Source: a virus. Taken from it: DNA of 64,000 nucleotides. Location of the stretch: the IMG/VR virus record IMGVR_UViG_3300005663_001084, positions 24,929 through 88,928 of that record; one strand, written 5' to 3'. A program made the translations under genes and the position numbers. Positions 18,109 through 27,230 of this stretch are shown here, one piece after another; within the stretch, counting starts at the first letter, position 1; each line of letters begins with the position of its first letter. The notes below the pieces were generated by a model. That model did not search any database, had not been told where the DNA came from, and saw only the letters and a program-made list of their open reading frames with translations.

Positions 18109-18369
18109 TGGTGTATTGAGGCCGGAAGGCCGAGGTCAGACCACAGCCCTCCGGCTGGACAGGACCTGCTCGTCTCTGGTGGACGGGTGCAGGAGCTTGG
18201 GCTCACTCTACCTCTGGCTGATGGGCGTGTCAACCCTAGCGTTGGGCTGGCAGTCAGGCTGGCTGACCGAATAGAACCCCTCCGTTGATAGCGCTTCGCT
18301 AGGCCTCTCTTATAGAGAGAGTCTAGCGAGAGGCTGTACCCAGATAAAGATCATCCAGCGCTCCTTAGC

Positions 18370-18398
18370 TCTTGACAGACAGAGCCACAGAGTATAAG
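18370..18398 (+). promoter_or_regulatory. sigma70-like promoter for the HNH gene
   Basis: TCTTGACA-N15/17-TATAAG. A GGAGAG ribosome-binding site lies 7 nt before ATG 18427. Confidence 0.45.
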
Positions 18399-18426
18399 CT
18401 CCCTGAACCAGTTACGGAGAGCCAGA

Positions 18427-18954
18427 ATGGAAGAGCAGTGGAGGGTTATCCCCAGCGTCCCGTACTACGAGATCAGCGACCATGGTAGGGTTAGACGACT
18501 GGTGCCAGCTATTGGTACCTGGGTTGGCAGGGTCAAGACACCCTACGTCACAGCCAACGGCTACCTGAAGATCTCGTTGTCCGTGGACAAGAAGAGGTTC
18601 CAGCGCTTCGTCCACAGGTTGGTGGCAGAGGCGTTCATCGGTCCGATCCCAGACCTGCACCACGTCCATCACCTGGACCACGACAAGCAGAACAACCGGG
18701 CCACGAACCTGGAATGCCTGTCCCGCCGCCAGAACCAGCAGCTTACCCACACCACGCCGGTCAAGCGCAGCGCCATGGGCGGCATCCCTGAGATGCTGGT
18801 CCAGGCCTGGGCCAGGGGCTGGATGTTATGCGACGTGGCCGCTCAGCTTGAAGTGGACGAGGCACAGCTTAGCCGCTGGCTGCTACGGGAGGAGCTACCC
18901 AACGGTCGGCAGGCTGAGATCAGCCAGCGCCTGTGGTCGCTCGTGATAGGCTAG
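18427..18954 (+). CDS. HNH homing endonuclease (NUMOD4 plus HNH_3 type)
   Basis: Motifs PYYEISDHGRVRRL and HHVHHLDHDKQNNRATNLECLSRRQN. Confidence 0.75.
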   Translation: MEEQWRVIPSVPYYEISDHGRVRRLVPAIGTWVGRVKTPYVTANGYLKISLSVDKKRFQRFVHRLVAEAFIGPIPDLHHVHHLDHDKQNNRATNLECLSRRQNQQLTHTTPVKRSAMGGIPEMLVQAWARGWMLCDVAAQLEVDEAQLSRWLLREELPNGRQAEISQRLWSLVIG

Positions 18955-19176
18955 GCTACGAGGAGGACCAGCGCTGTGACAAGACCCACGCCAACCACGC
19001 CCAGGAATGCTAGGAGGATCAGGAGCCAGAACCCCAGGTACGCCATCATCGCCGCGAAGATGATCTTCTCCAGGAAGCGCAGCATCAGGCCACTCCCGTT
19101 AAGAAGCAGTAGATCCCCACGGCCACGATGAGGACGATCAGGAACAGGGTGAGGTCGTCGAGTTGGGGCTCGTGCA

Positions 19177-20166
19177 TCAGGCCACCGCCTCGACCAGACG
19201 GCCAGGGCCGGTGGGCTCAGTTACGAGGTCGCCGCCGAACAGCGCGTGGTACCGCGTCGTCGCCTCGACCCAGGCCTCAGCCACGTGGCAGTTGGGAATG
19301 CGCTTGCCCTTCACGCCGCTGAGGTAGCGGGCCAGGGCCTTCAGGTCGAAGCAGGCCGGGGTCGGCCGCACGGTCAGTTGTTCGTACTCGCCATGGTAGC
19401 CGTCGCTGAGAACGATCAGCTTGAACTCGAACTCCAGCCTCCACATATCGGTATCATCTGACACGGTCATATTGCCATGGCTGGTCTCTATGACACCCCC
19501 GGCCAGTGGCCCCTCCCACGTTATGGTGTAGCCAGTCGAGGTGTAGCCCTCACGCGGCTCCACATTCATGCGTGAGAGGCCGTAGCGTTCCTGTGACGCC
19601 ACGATCTCCACGTCACCATAGGCTCGCTTGGTCCGCTGGCTGAGGAAGTTCTCCTGAAGCGCAGCGGGCGGGTTGAGCAGTACGTCGATGATCCGGCGGG
19701 CCAGTGGCCGCAAGCCGTCACGATACTGATCCACCCGGTCGATGCTGGCGTAGTCGACCTCGTAGTTGTTGAGCGTATCCATGTAGCCGATTTGCCCGCG
19801 ACCGTCCGGACGGTCGCTGATCTCGTTGTTCACGTTCCAGGTCTTCCCGGCATCGCGCCCCTCGGCCCGGGTTGTCTCCCACATGTCGTCCATGCGCCGC
19901 TGGCAGAAGATCTGGACGAACTTCTCCAGGTGGTTCTCGTCGCTCGCCAGCATGGCCAGGGTCTCCGGCCGGTGGCCCGAGATCCACTCCAGCAGGACCA
20001 TCACGCCGTATTGGTAGTAATCATCCTGGCACAGGGACGGGTCGCGCGTGATCCTGGCGAAGCGGGCCGCCACGCGGCCGATGATGATATCGCTGCGCGA
20101 CAGCACATCTGAGAGGACAGCGTCGGATGACACCGGCGCGTCCGGCAACGGGAATTTAGGTGGCAT
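19177..20166 (-). CDS. hypothetical protein (329 aa)
   Basis: Long ORF on its own between two non-coding regions. No confident motif. Confidence 0.5.
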   Translation of the reverse strand: MPPKFPLPDAPVSSDAVLSDVLSRSDIIIGRVAARFARITRDPSLCQDDYYQYGVMVLLEWISGHRPETLAMLASDENHLEKFVQIFCQRRMDDMWETTRAEGRDAGKTWNVNNEISDRPDGRGQIGYMDTLNNYEVDYASIDRVDQYRDGLRPLARRIIDVLLNPPAALQENFLSQRTKRAYGDVEIVASQERYGLSRMNVEPREGYTSTGYTITWEGPLAGGVIETSHGNMTVSDDTDMWRLEFEFKLIVLSDGYHGEYEQLTVRPTPACFDLKALARYLSGVKGKRIPNCHVAEAWVEATTRYHALFGGDLVTEPTGPGRLVEAVA

Positions 20167-20919
20167 GGGGTGGGGCTCTCCTGCACTCGGGTCCTATCCG
20201 CCAGTCACCATACCGGGACGCGCCACGCGCGTCAAGGACTTTTCGTGAGATTTGCTACATTTTCTTGTGGGAGTTTATCAACAGGTCGTCAACAACGCCT
20301 CCTCCGCCCGGCCGCCAGCGTAGTCAGAGCCAATACCTGTGTAGCATACGTCCAGTCTCACCGGGGTGGAGCGGAGGAGGGGCCAACGAAGTGTTCAGAA
20401 ACTCGCGGAAATCTCGCGTGCCAGCGTGACCCCTCGCACCCCCGACACTTATCTTCTGTCTATGTGTAGGCTATCACTACACTTAGTTGTGTAACACGTT
20501 ACATTGCTACATATAGCATGCTACATCCTTCTCACCTGCCCGATCCCCAGGTCGCTGCACCGTGACCACCCGACATCTGTGTCCGCCGGTGGCGGCTGGT
20601 GACTCTGTAACCCGTTGGCCTCATTGACCTCACTCATTGTTGCACTTTTGTTGCAGTCTTATTTCAATGGGCTGCCGGTAGCCGCTGTCCAAGTTGAGCC
20701 GCTGTCTGGACTGGGGGCGCTGGGCTGTCCACATCTTGGACTGCCAGCTTATCCACATACTGTCAACATGACCATGTCGTTATGGCGCAGTGACACACCT
20801 AACGCATCCCAATCCAGTTCAATTTGGAGCCTATTATTTACATTGAGCCGTTGTTGTTGCAGTTATTTACAGTTACTGCGTTGAGGGCACCGGCCGCACG
20901 GCGGCCCGGCCCATGGGAG

Positions 20920-20970
20920 GGTGGGAGGATTTACATGACCAAAAAGCCGTCCGAATCCGATAATACCTGT
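20920..20970 (+). promoter_or_regulatory. class-1 conserved leaderless promoter
   Basis: ttaCATGACCAAAAAGCCgTCCgaATCCGATAATAcctgtATG. It lies inside track ORF 20824..21969. Confidence 0.6.
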
Positions 20971-21969
20971 ATGACCACCGCAGCGACCACCGACGTAGAC
21001 ACGCTCTTCAACCGGTTCGCCAAGATGGCCTCGGACACGTTCAAGCCCACCGGCCTGTACCCGGACAGTGCAGTGCTGTCGATGCTTCAGCGGGCTGAGG
21101 TGTTCTGCTTCCCCTCCATGCTCACCGCTGAAGAGAGGCCCGAAAGCGCCACGATCCTGAAGACTCGCCTGCCCCATAAGGCCTGTGCTATGGTCTCCCC
21201 TCGGGCAGTCACAGTGTTCGGTGGTCAAACCTTACACCACGGTCGCCAAGGCATCGATATCGATACAATCGAGAACCTGGACTCAGCGTGGGGTGCTAGG
21301 CTCAAGCGAATCGCTGACAGTACGCAAACAGATCTCAACACGAGTCTCGACAGCGTAAAGCTCTGGACAGGGTTCGACTCTGTCGTCATGTACTACCCGG
21401 GCGAGAAGACGAGTGGCGACCTGTTGGCCTACGGGTGGGCGTTGCTGGTTGAGGACGACACCAGTGGTGGTGCAACGAGGATAATCATGCCGCCAAAAGT
21501 GGTGATCATGCGTACCGGCAGGAAGCCCGAGCTACTGGTGAGCGACAGGCAGGACCACGGGATGTCTCATCAGGACGTTAAACTCGTGATAGAGAGCATG
21601 GAGCGCCACGCCATGATCGGTATGGGAGAGGTGGCTGTAGCCTCCGCTCCAATCAGTCGTGTCGTCCTGCGGGAACGTCCTGTCAAGAAGCCCAAGCGTC
21701 CTAGCCGGTACATCGGCCGGGTGGGCGAGAAGCCGAGGACCATCCTCATCGATCCCAGTAACCGTGAGTCCATTCAATACGTTGGTTTGGGTGGGCATCG
21801 TGGTCCGCTGCTCGAAGGCCACAAGCGCCGTGGCCACCACCGGACTTACCGGTCTGAGCGCTATAAGAAGATGCGGGGCAAAACCGCCTGGGTAAAGCCG
21901 ACGTGGATCGGACCCCGAAACTGGACGGACCATGGACGCGTCTACATCGTACAGGTAGTAGGAGGATGA
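20971..21969 (+). CDS. hypothetical protein (332 aa)
   Basis: Start moved to MTTAATTDV because a leaderless promoter ends 6 nt upstream. The first 49 codons of the track ORF are the promoter read through. Confidence 0.55.
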   Translation: MTTAATTDVDTLFNRFAKMASDTFKPTGLYPDSAVLSMLQRAEVFCFPSMLTAEERPESATILKTRLPHKACAMVSPRAVTVFGGQTLHHGRQGIDIDTIENLDSAWGARLKRIADSTQTDLNTSLDSVKLWTGFDSVVMYYPGEKTSGDLLAYGWALLVEDDTSGGATRIIMPPKVVIMRTGRKPELLVSDRQDHGMSHQDVKLVIESMERHAMIGMGEVAVASAPISRVVLRERPVKKPKRPSRYIGRVGEKPRTILIDPSNRESIQYVGLGGHRGPLLEGHKRRGHHRTYRSERYKKMRGKTAWVKPTWIGPRNWTDHGRVYIVQVVGG

Positions 21970-21973
21970 CAAC

Positions 21974-22276
21974 GTGACTGAGATCAACTGGCGTAGTGCC
22001 GACGAGCACATGATTGCTGATGTGGATGACGTGAAGCTGACCGCCTACAACCCTATCAACCAGTCTGCCTGGAACGTGGTGGCCAAGCGCCCCGCGTTCG
22101 AGGTCGACTACGATGATGTGAAGCGGCAGAGGATTCAGGAAGTCGAAGTCACGATGAAGGTCGTTGCTCAGGGTGCCGACACCGAGTCCCTGAACAGTGT
22201 GGGGCAGCGGGCTCTGGATGCTCTGGAAGGGATGCGCCGCCGTCTGGAGACCGATGTTACTACGGTAGGCGTGTGA
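21974..22276 (+). CDS. hypothetical protein
   Basis: ORF following 20971..21969. GGAGGATGA lies upstream. Confidence 0.45.
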   Translation: MTEINWRSADEHMIADVDDVKLTAYNPINQSAWNVVAKRPAFEVDYDDVKRQRIQEVEVTMKVVAQGADTESLNSVGQRALDALEGMRRRLETDVTTVGV

Positions 22277-22292
22277 GGGTCAGAGGCGGGTA

Positions 22293-22709
22293 CTACCGGC
22301 CAGTAACTACGTAGCGGCTCTTGAGTTCGTCCCCGTCAACACTGGGATGGCTGTAGTAGACGCCTCCCTCGGAGGTGTACAGATCCACGTCGAGGGTACT
22401 GGTGAACTGGTCTACCGTAGGATCTAGGATGTGACTGCCGACGATCACCCATGTGTGGTCCCACTCCTCAAGCTCCTCGAATCCGGGCCGGTCTCCTGTG
22501 ACTGTGATGAACTGGCCGCCTTGGATCTTTGCCTGGATTCCTTTGGCGCGGAGAAGTTTGACGAGTCCCTCGGCGGTCTCGCTGCAATCCCCGAACTGGG
22601 CAACGTCGCACACGAACTGCTTACGGGCCTGCTTGGCAAGATCAATGGTGGCGTCCGTGATCGACTCAGTGAGCATCCTGCGTATGACTGTTCTGGTGGA
22701 GTCCATCAC
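22293..22709 (-). CDS. L-family protein 8
   Basis: N-terminus MMDSTRTVIRRMLTESI. Confidence 0.65.
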   Translation of the reverse strand: MMDSTRTVIRRMLTESITDATIDLAKQARKQFVCDVAQFGDCSETAEGLVKLLRAKGIQAKIQGGQFITVTGDRPGFEELEEWDHTWVIVGSHILDPTVDQFTSTLDVDLYTSEGGVYYSHPSVDGDELKSRYVVTGR

Positions 22710-23098
22710 ATGGCTCTCAACTTCTCAATGAACTCTACGACTTCCAGGTCTGCGAATTCCCTGTCCTGAAGCCACTCGTACGTGTCGCAGGGGACCTCGT
22801 AAGCCATAATGGACCGCGCACCCGACATCATTCTGGCAATCAGCCTGTGGTGTCCGTCCAGGAGTTTGCCGCACGCGATCCAGATCGGCGGAATGTCTTT
22901 GGCCTGCCGGAGCGCCGCGATCTTCTCCGGGTCCTGGTGTAGCTCGTAGGTCAGTATCTGCCTTGGGTCCTCTTCAACCAATTCGGCGGTCAGGTCGATC
23001 CCGGCTGCGCGGGCTTCGTCAACGACCTCCCGTTCCCAGTCCTTGAGAGGGTCGGCCTCGGTGAGCATCCTGCGTATGGCTGTTCTGGTTGGGTCCAC
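22706..23098 (-). CDS. L-family protein 9 with ParB/DGQHR-like domain
   Basis: GTG start. N-terminus (V)DPTRTAIRRMLTEAD. Motif KLLDGHHRLIARMMSG. Confidence 0.65.
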   Translation of the reverse strand: MDPTRTAIRRMLTEADPLKDWEREVVDEARAAGIDLTAELVEEDPRQILTYELHQDPEKIAALRQAKDIPPIWIACGKLLDGHHRLIARMMSGARSIMAYEVPCDTYEWLQDREFADLEVVEFIEKLRAM

Positions 23099-23145
23099 GG
23101 CAGGCAGTATACCCGGTGGGCCTCAGCATGGCGAGTAGAGCCTCT
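23099..23145 (-). promoter_or_regulatory. TATACT leaderless promoter
   Basis: The reverse complement reads TTGACTcacc...ccaccgggTATACTgcctgccGTG. Compare the 14774 copy, gTATACTgctgcccATG. Confidence 0.45.
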
Positions 23146-23153
23146 TAGGTGAG

Positions 23154-23495
23154 TCAAGCCTGCGGCAGGGTGGGTCTGCGTGCCTCTTCAGACCACAGAA
23201 GGTTGTAGATGGACCCCCTGTCCAGGATCTCGCTCTGTTCGTACTCCTCGCCATACCACAGCAGGACGTCGTCGTCGCCCTCTTTACAAAGCGCCAGCAG
23301 TTCGTATCTTTGCTCCTGATGGCGTAGCATCGTCACCCTGATGTAGTAGGCCGTGTATCCGTCTTCAAAGTCATCCGGCGGATCGCTGCATTCCACCTTG
23401 AAGTCGTCGCCCCATTGGTTGAGGGCTGTCTCGAAGGCCTCGATTACGTCGTCAGTCCGGTCAGTCATACCATGGGCCTCCGTACCTGGGGTCAC
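23154..23495 (-). CDS. hypothetical acidic protein
   Basis: ORF. Confidence 0.45.
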   Translation of the reverse strand: MTPGTEAHGMTDRTDDVIEAFETALNQWGDDFKVECSDPPDDFEDGYTAYYIRVTMLRHQEQRYELLALCKEGDDDVLLWYGEEYEQSEILDRGSIYNLLWSEEARRPTLPQA

Positions 23496-23636
23496 GTCGC
23501 TTCTCCTTGGCTCGCTTCGCCTTCTGGTCCCTGAGTCGCTTGAGATCCTTCAGCGTGAACTGTGGCTTCTCGCCGCCCGCCTTGCAGATCTTCACGTAGT
23601 TCGCGTAGATCTCGGTCAGCAACTTGTCGCTCTCGA

Positions 23637-23867
23637 TCACGGCTGTGGGTCCTGCGGCCGGGCGAACTCTAACGCAACGCAGGTGTCGCAGACGTCGACG
23701 AAGGTCCATTTGTACTCATGGGTTCTGGCCATCCGGTACTCCCACCCGTGGTGCTTGGCCTCCGCTCTCAACTGGGCTGCCCCGAAGTTGGGCTGCTGGA
23801 GACCGCCGAAGTCTGAGAACTGGCGGCCGCAGTGGTCACACAGCAGGTGAACGGGGCGCTGGATCAT
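23637..23867 (-). CDS. zinc-ribbon protein
   Basis: Internal start MIQRPVHLLCDHCGRQF. Cysteines CDTC. Confidence 0.4.
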   Translation of the reverse strand: MIQRPVHLLCDHCGRQFSDFGGLQQPNFGAAQLRAEAKHHGWEYRMARTHEYKWTFVDVCDTCVALEFARPQDPQP

Positions 23868-24103
23868 CAGGCCGCCTTCGAGCGTGCCGTTATCAGCAGA
23901 CACCCGTGCTTGAAGTCGGCTCCGGTGTTCCGCAGCATGTCGGCCATGTGAGCGAGGTTGATCGTTTCGGCAAGGGCACAGGTGGCTACCGTGGGCACCT
24001 CGTAGTAGATGTAACCCGGCCCTTCCTCCACGCCATACGTCACGACCACCACAGCCTCGTCGGGAAGGTCTCCGATTGCCGCCTTCAATTCTCCCACGTT
24101 CAT
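23867..24103 (-). CDS. hypothetical protein
   Basis: Internal start MNVGELKAAIGDLP, coupled to its neighbours. Confidence 0.4.
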   Translation of the reverse strand: MNVGELKAAIGDLPDEAVVVVTYGVEEGPGYIYYEVPTVATCALAETINLAHMADMLRNTGADFKHGCLLITARSKAA

Positions 24104-24681
24104 ACCTGCTCCCTGATCTTCTTCTGGCCGGAGCCGAGACAGACAGGACACTGTACAGTCCCATCGTCACGGGGGCCTGCAAGGATCTGAATCTCCCCAC
24201 TCCCTTTGCACCGCTCGCACTTACTGACTTCCTTGATACCTTTCCGTAGCGTCACCGGCGCGGGCATACGCAACGCCGAGAGCGGCACTGACTGCTCGTC
24301 GATGTGCTCCCGTACCCTATCGATGTGGTCCCGGATCGCGTACATGGCCTCGCAGCGCATCTTCGCAGTAGCGTGGGCCATCTTGAAATCAAGGGAGTAG
24401 TTGCCCCATTGTGGTCCCTCTAGTTCACTGGCTGCCCGGATTAACTCGTCCATGTATTCGTCGCACAATCCCATTTCCGCAATCTTCACCTCGGCTTGCG
24501 CGACGGCGTCACGCGAGTGACAGAAGTCAGGAAGATGGTCGTCCCCTATCGACTCGCCACGGCCACGCCCATACGGATGCCAGAGTCGCCAGCCGTGCGG
24601 GTTCGCGTCGAACTCCCACTGCATGACGTGTTCGGCCACGAATTGGTTGTACTCCCACGTCTCCATCTTCTTGTCAATCAC
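24100..24681 (-). CDS. hypothetical protein; paralog of 25434..25799
   Basis: Shared blocks QAEVKIAEMGL and RAEAKIARMGI, and AKMRCEAMYAIRDHI and ARERCEAMYAMREQI. C-terminal CERCKGSG...CPVCLGSG. Confidence 0.5.
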   Translation of the reverse strand: MIDKKMETWEYNQFVAEHVMQWEFDANPHGWRLWHPYGRGRGESIGDDHLPDFCHSRDAVAQAEVKIAEMGLCDEYMDELIRAASELEGPQWGNYSLDFKMAHATAKMRCEAMYAIRDHIDRVREHIDEQSVPLSALRMPAPVTLRKGIKEVSKCERCKGSGEIQILAGPRDDGTVQCPVCLGSGQKKIREQV

Positions 24682-24721
24682 TGCTGGTTCTCCTTCAGAG
24701 CCGGTAGTTGGTCACGCTGGA

Positions 24722-24964
24722 TCATGCCGTCACGCCCATCTCCTTCAGCTTTTCAAAGACATCCTCGGGGATCTTCTCCCAGAAGACGATGTGCCGGAGC
24801 TTGTAGCCGCCCTGCTGAGGTTTATGGAGCCAGAGCAGCGGGTGCTTGCTAGTGATGAGGCTGCGGAAGGCGGGGCCTTGGACATGCCCGCCGTGGTCAG
24901 GCGTGCTCAGGTAGTACTGCGTCTCTTCGGTGTAGCAGACGTAGTATCGGGTCCGGCTGGGCAT
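24722..24964 (-). CDS. hypothetical protein
   Basis: ORF. Confidence 0.4.
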   Translation of the reverse strand: MPSRTRYYVCYTEETQYYLSTPDHGGHVQGPAFRSLITSKHPLLWLHKPQQGGYKLRHIVFWEKIPEDVFEKLKEMGVTA

Positions 24965-25437
24965 CAGTAAAATCCTCCGTCTGGACTGTCAGCGCCATCC
25001 TCGACCCTCAAATTGTTGGTCCTCGTTGAGGGTGTGAACGTCTGCCCGCACCCGATACACTGAATCTCTCCTGACAATCCCGACATATCATCCTTCCACT
25101 TGTAGATCGGAGCGAATACGACCTCGGCGCTGTTGGCCCCACAGTGGGGACATATTTCATCGGGATGCTTGGGGTCCTTCTCCTCCGGCCACGTCTCGCC
25201 CTTGGGGTCGGCTGGATACTTCAGGTCGCCCTGGGGGTAGGTGAAATGGTCCATGCGGTCGACGGCCTCCTTCAGTCTGGCCTCTGACCGCTTCAGCCGC
25301 TCGCCCTGCATCTTGGCGATCTCCGCGCGGGCTGCCTTCATCGCGTTGTCGACTCCCTCGGCGCGGCCGATGCGGTAGCCGACCGCTATGCCCACCACGT
25401 GGGCGATCAGTATGTAGACCAGAGTCTCGATCATCAT
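24964..25437 (-). CDS. membrane-anchored zinc-ribbon protein
   Basis: N-terminal transmembrane segment MMIETLVYILIAHVVGIAVG. Cysteines CPHCGAN...CIGCGQ. Confidence 0.45.
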   Translation of the reverse strand: MMIETLVYILIAHVVGIAVGYRIGRAEGVDNAMKAARAEIAKMQGERLKRSEARLKEAVDRMDHFTYPQGDLKYPADPKGETWPEEKDPKHPDEICPHCGANSAEVVFAPIYKWKDDMSGLSGEIQCIGCGQTFTPSTRTNNLRVEDGADSPDGGFY

Positions 25438-25799
25438 GCTGCCCTCGCTCTCTCAATCTGTTCCCGCATGGCGTACATGGCCTCGCAGCGCTCGCGGGCG
25501 GTGGCTGTAACCATTGCGAGTTTGGCACGCACGGTCAACTCCTTCAGTCCCAGGGCACTGAGAATAACGTCGCGCAGCGAGAGCCAGTATCGAGCAGGAA
25601 TCCCCATCCTTGCGATCTTCGCCTCGGCTCGCGCGGCGGCGTTGAGGTCGGTGGTGAACAAGGGACAAGTAGGCGCATTAACCCAGGCTCTGCCTTTGGG
25701 GTCGTTTTCATCCTTCTTCCAAGCGCGGTTGCCAATCATCACGGACTCGACGCCAAAGACGGCGTTCCAGACCCACGCATCCAGTTCGGAGTCAGTCAT
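25434..25799 (-). CDS. hypothetical protein; paralog of 24100..24681
   Basis: Internal start MTDSELDAWVW. Shares the blocks listed for its paralog. Confidence 0.45.
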   Translation of the reverse strand: MTDSELDAWVWNAVFGVESVMIGNRAWKKDENDPKGRAWVNAPTCPLFTTDLNAAARAEAKIARMGIPARYWLSLRDVILSALGLKELTVRAKLAMVTATARERCEAMYAMREQIERARAA

Positions 25800-26071
25800 T
25801 TCAAGGCCTCGTCGATCTGCTCCGGCGTGAAGCTCTCCGGTGCGCGGTCGGCCTGCTTCCAAAGGGCACGACCTACCTCCTTCAGCCGCTCGATCTCGTC
25901 CAGCAGGGTCGCGGTCCTGTAGGCCAGATCGTGCGCCCGTGTCACGCACAACTCCCGGTTGCCTTGGCTCCGGTGACGTTGGTAGGATGCCAACAGTTCC
26001 CTCGTTCTCGCCAGATCGGTTTCGGTCAGGTGGTCAGTCCTCATAGTGCCGGTTCTCCTTGCTTCGGTCAC
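25796..26071 (-). CDS. hypothetical protein
   Basis: ORF. Confidence 0.4.
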   Translation of the reverse strand: MTEARRTGTMRTDHLTETDLARTRELLASYQRHRSQGNRELCVTRAHDLAYRTATLLDEIERLKEVGRALWKQADRAPESFTPEQIDEALK

Positions 26072-26271
26072 GTCTTCTCCTCGACGACAGACAGTTCCAG
26101 AGAATCGCCCAGAAGCCTCGCTGTGACGGTATTGGACGTATGCGTCGTGTCCCAGTCTCTGCTGGCCAAATCCAACAACGCCTCCTCGGCGAGACGAACA
26201 GCTTCGTCTTTGGATTTGGCCATGACGTTTACATCGACAAGCACATTGAATGTGACCCGGTATCTAGCCAT
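26068..26271 (-). CDS. hypothetical protein
   Basis: ORF. Confidence 0.35.
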   Translation of the reverse strand: MARYRVTFNVLVDVNVMAKSKDEAVRLAEEALLDLASRDWDTTHTSNTVTARLLGDSLELSVVEEKT

Positions 26272-26713
26272 CGTGGGCTGCCATCTGGTCGGCCTCTTCC
26301 CGGCTGGTCACCGAGTCGCAGTTCTTGCCGTCGTATCGCTCGGCGTGCTCGCAGCAAACATCGTACTCGGCCACCACGCCCCAGCAGTTGACGTCGATCC
26401 GCTTCGTGGCTCGCTCGTGGCAGCAGTAGCACTGCTGGTCGAAGTCGAGAAGGCCGGTCTTCTTCGTGTAGCTCGTGTGCCACATGCGACCGTACCGTTC
26501 GTTGAGGTAGGCCTCGCGATTCTCCTGCTCGGCCCGGTGAATGTGGTTCTGCTCTACCTGACAGAAGCAGCGGGTGGCCTCCGGGTCGACGTGGTGCCAG
26601 CCGTCATCTTGCTTCTCGACGTCCCAGCCATCGCCGCACTGCTTGCAGCGGCTCCAGGTCAGCGACTTGATCCCGTCGGCCCGGCCACGGTAGTAGTCCT
26701 GAGACTCAGGCAT
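26264..26713 (-). CDS. Cys/His-rich protein
   Basis: Internal start MPESQDYYRGR. Many CxxC and CCH motifs. Confidence 0.45.
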   Translation of the reverse strand: MPESQDYYRGRADGIKSLTWSRCKQCGDGWDVEKQDDGWHHVDPEATRCFCQVEQNHIHRAEQENREAYLNERYGRMWHTSYTKKTGLLDFDQQCYCCHERATKRIDVNCWGVVAEYDVCCEHAERYDGKNCDSVTSREEADQMAAHDG

Positions 26714-27149
26714 CGGTGGGCTCCGGCTCGAACAGAGCGTCGCTGGCTTGTCGACGAGGACACGTACTCCGATGCGTCGATAGAGGTTCACTGTGCAGCA
26801 GGACAGGACACTGGCATGTGCCGTTCCGGATCGTGGTCAGGATCTTGCGAAGGCGGTCGTTCTCAGCGTCCCGGGCCTTGATCTGTAGTACGTTCATGGC
26901 GTTGCCCGTCAGATCCAAGGCCGCCTTCAGCGATTGAACCTTGTCCTTCAGCCGGTCCTCGCGCTTCTCGTGAAAGGCTCCCTCGGCTCGGTTCAACAGT
27001 TCGACGTACCGGTCGTTGTAGGCCTGGAGCCGCCGGACCTCGTCGATGCACTCCTCCAGGTAGTCAGCCACCGGGTCCTCACCTGTGGGACTCGCAGCCC
27101 TGAGGCGGCGCGCAGCTTGCTCCACTTCAGTCAGGCGCTCGGACGTCAT
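26706..27149 (-). CDS. coiled-coil protein
   Basis: Internal start MTSERLTEVEQAARRL. Confidence 0.4.
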   Translation of the reverse strand: MTSERLTEVEQAARRLRAASPTGEDPVADYLEECIDEVRRLQAYNDRYVELLNRAEGAFHEKREDRLKDKVQSLKAALDLTGNAMNVLQIKARDAENDRLRKILTTIRNGTCQCPVLLHSEPLSTHRSTCPRRQASDALFEPEPTDA

Positions 27150-27230
27150 GGTCAGGTCTCCGTATGCAAGAACACCCGCAACCCTGGCATTTCTCACGAA
27201 TATCCCGTTTAAGTGCCATTGTGGGTCTCC

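Noticed and set aside
17848-18300. tRNA genes in the large intergenic region
   Set aside because: No GTTCRANYC T-loop-like box and no cloverleaf-compatible pairing was seen. Scans elsewhere only hit coding sequence.
19177-20166. Possible phage sigma factor
   Set aside because: I considered whether this isolated 329-aa protein could be a sigma factor reading the repeated promoters. I could not align convincing sigma region 2.4 or 4.2 motifs, so it is left as hypothetical.
20217-20233. Hairpin GACGCGC-cac-GCGCGTC as a terminator
   Set aside because: It is on the wrong side of gene 19177..20166 to terminate it. It has only a weak downstream T-run on the plus strand. It is more likely an operator.
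20615-20884. 89-aa plus-strand ORF in the AT-rich intergenic region
   Set aside because: No ribosome-binding site. It overlaps repeats and palindromes, and the region looks regulatory, not coding.
25931-26881. 316-aa plus-strand ORF
   Set aside because: Antisense to the minus-strand small-gene array. It is a high-GC artefact.
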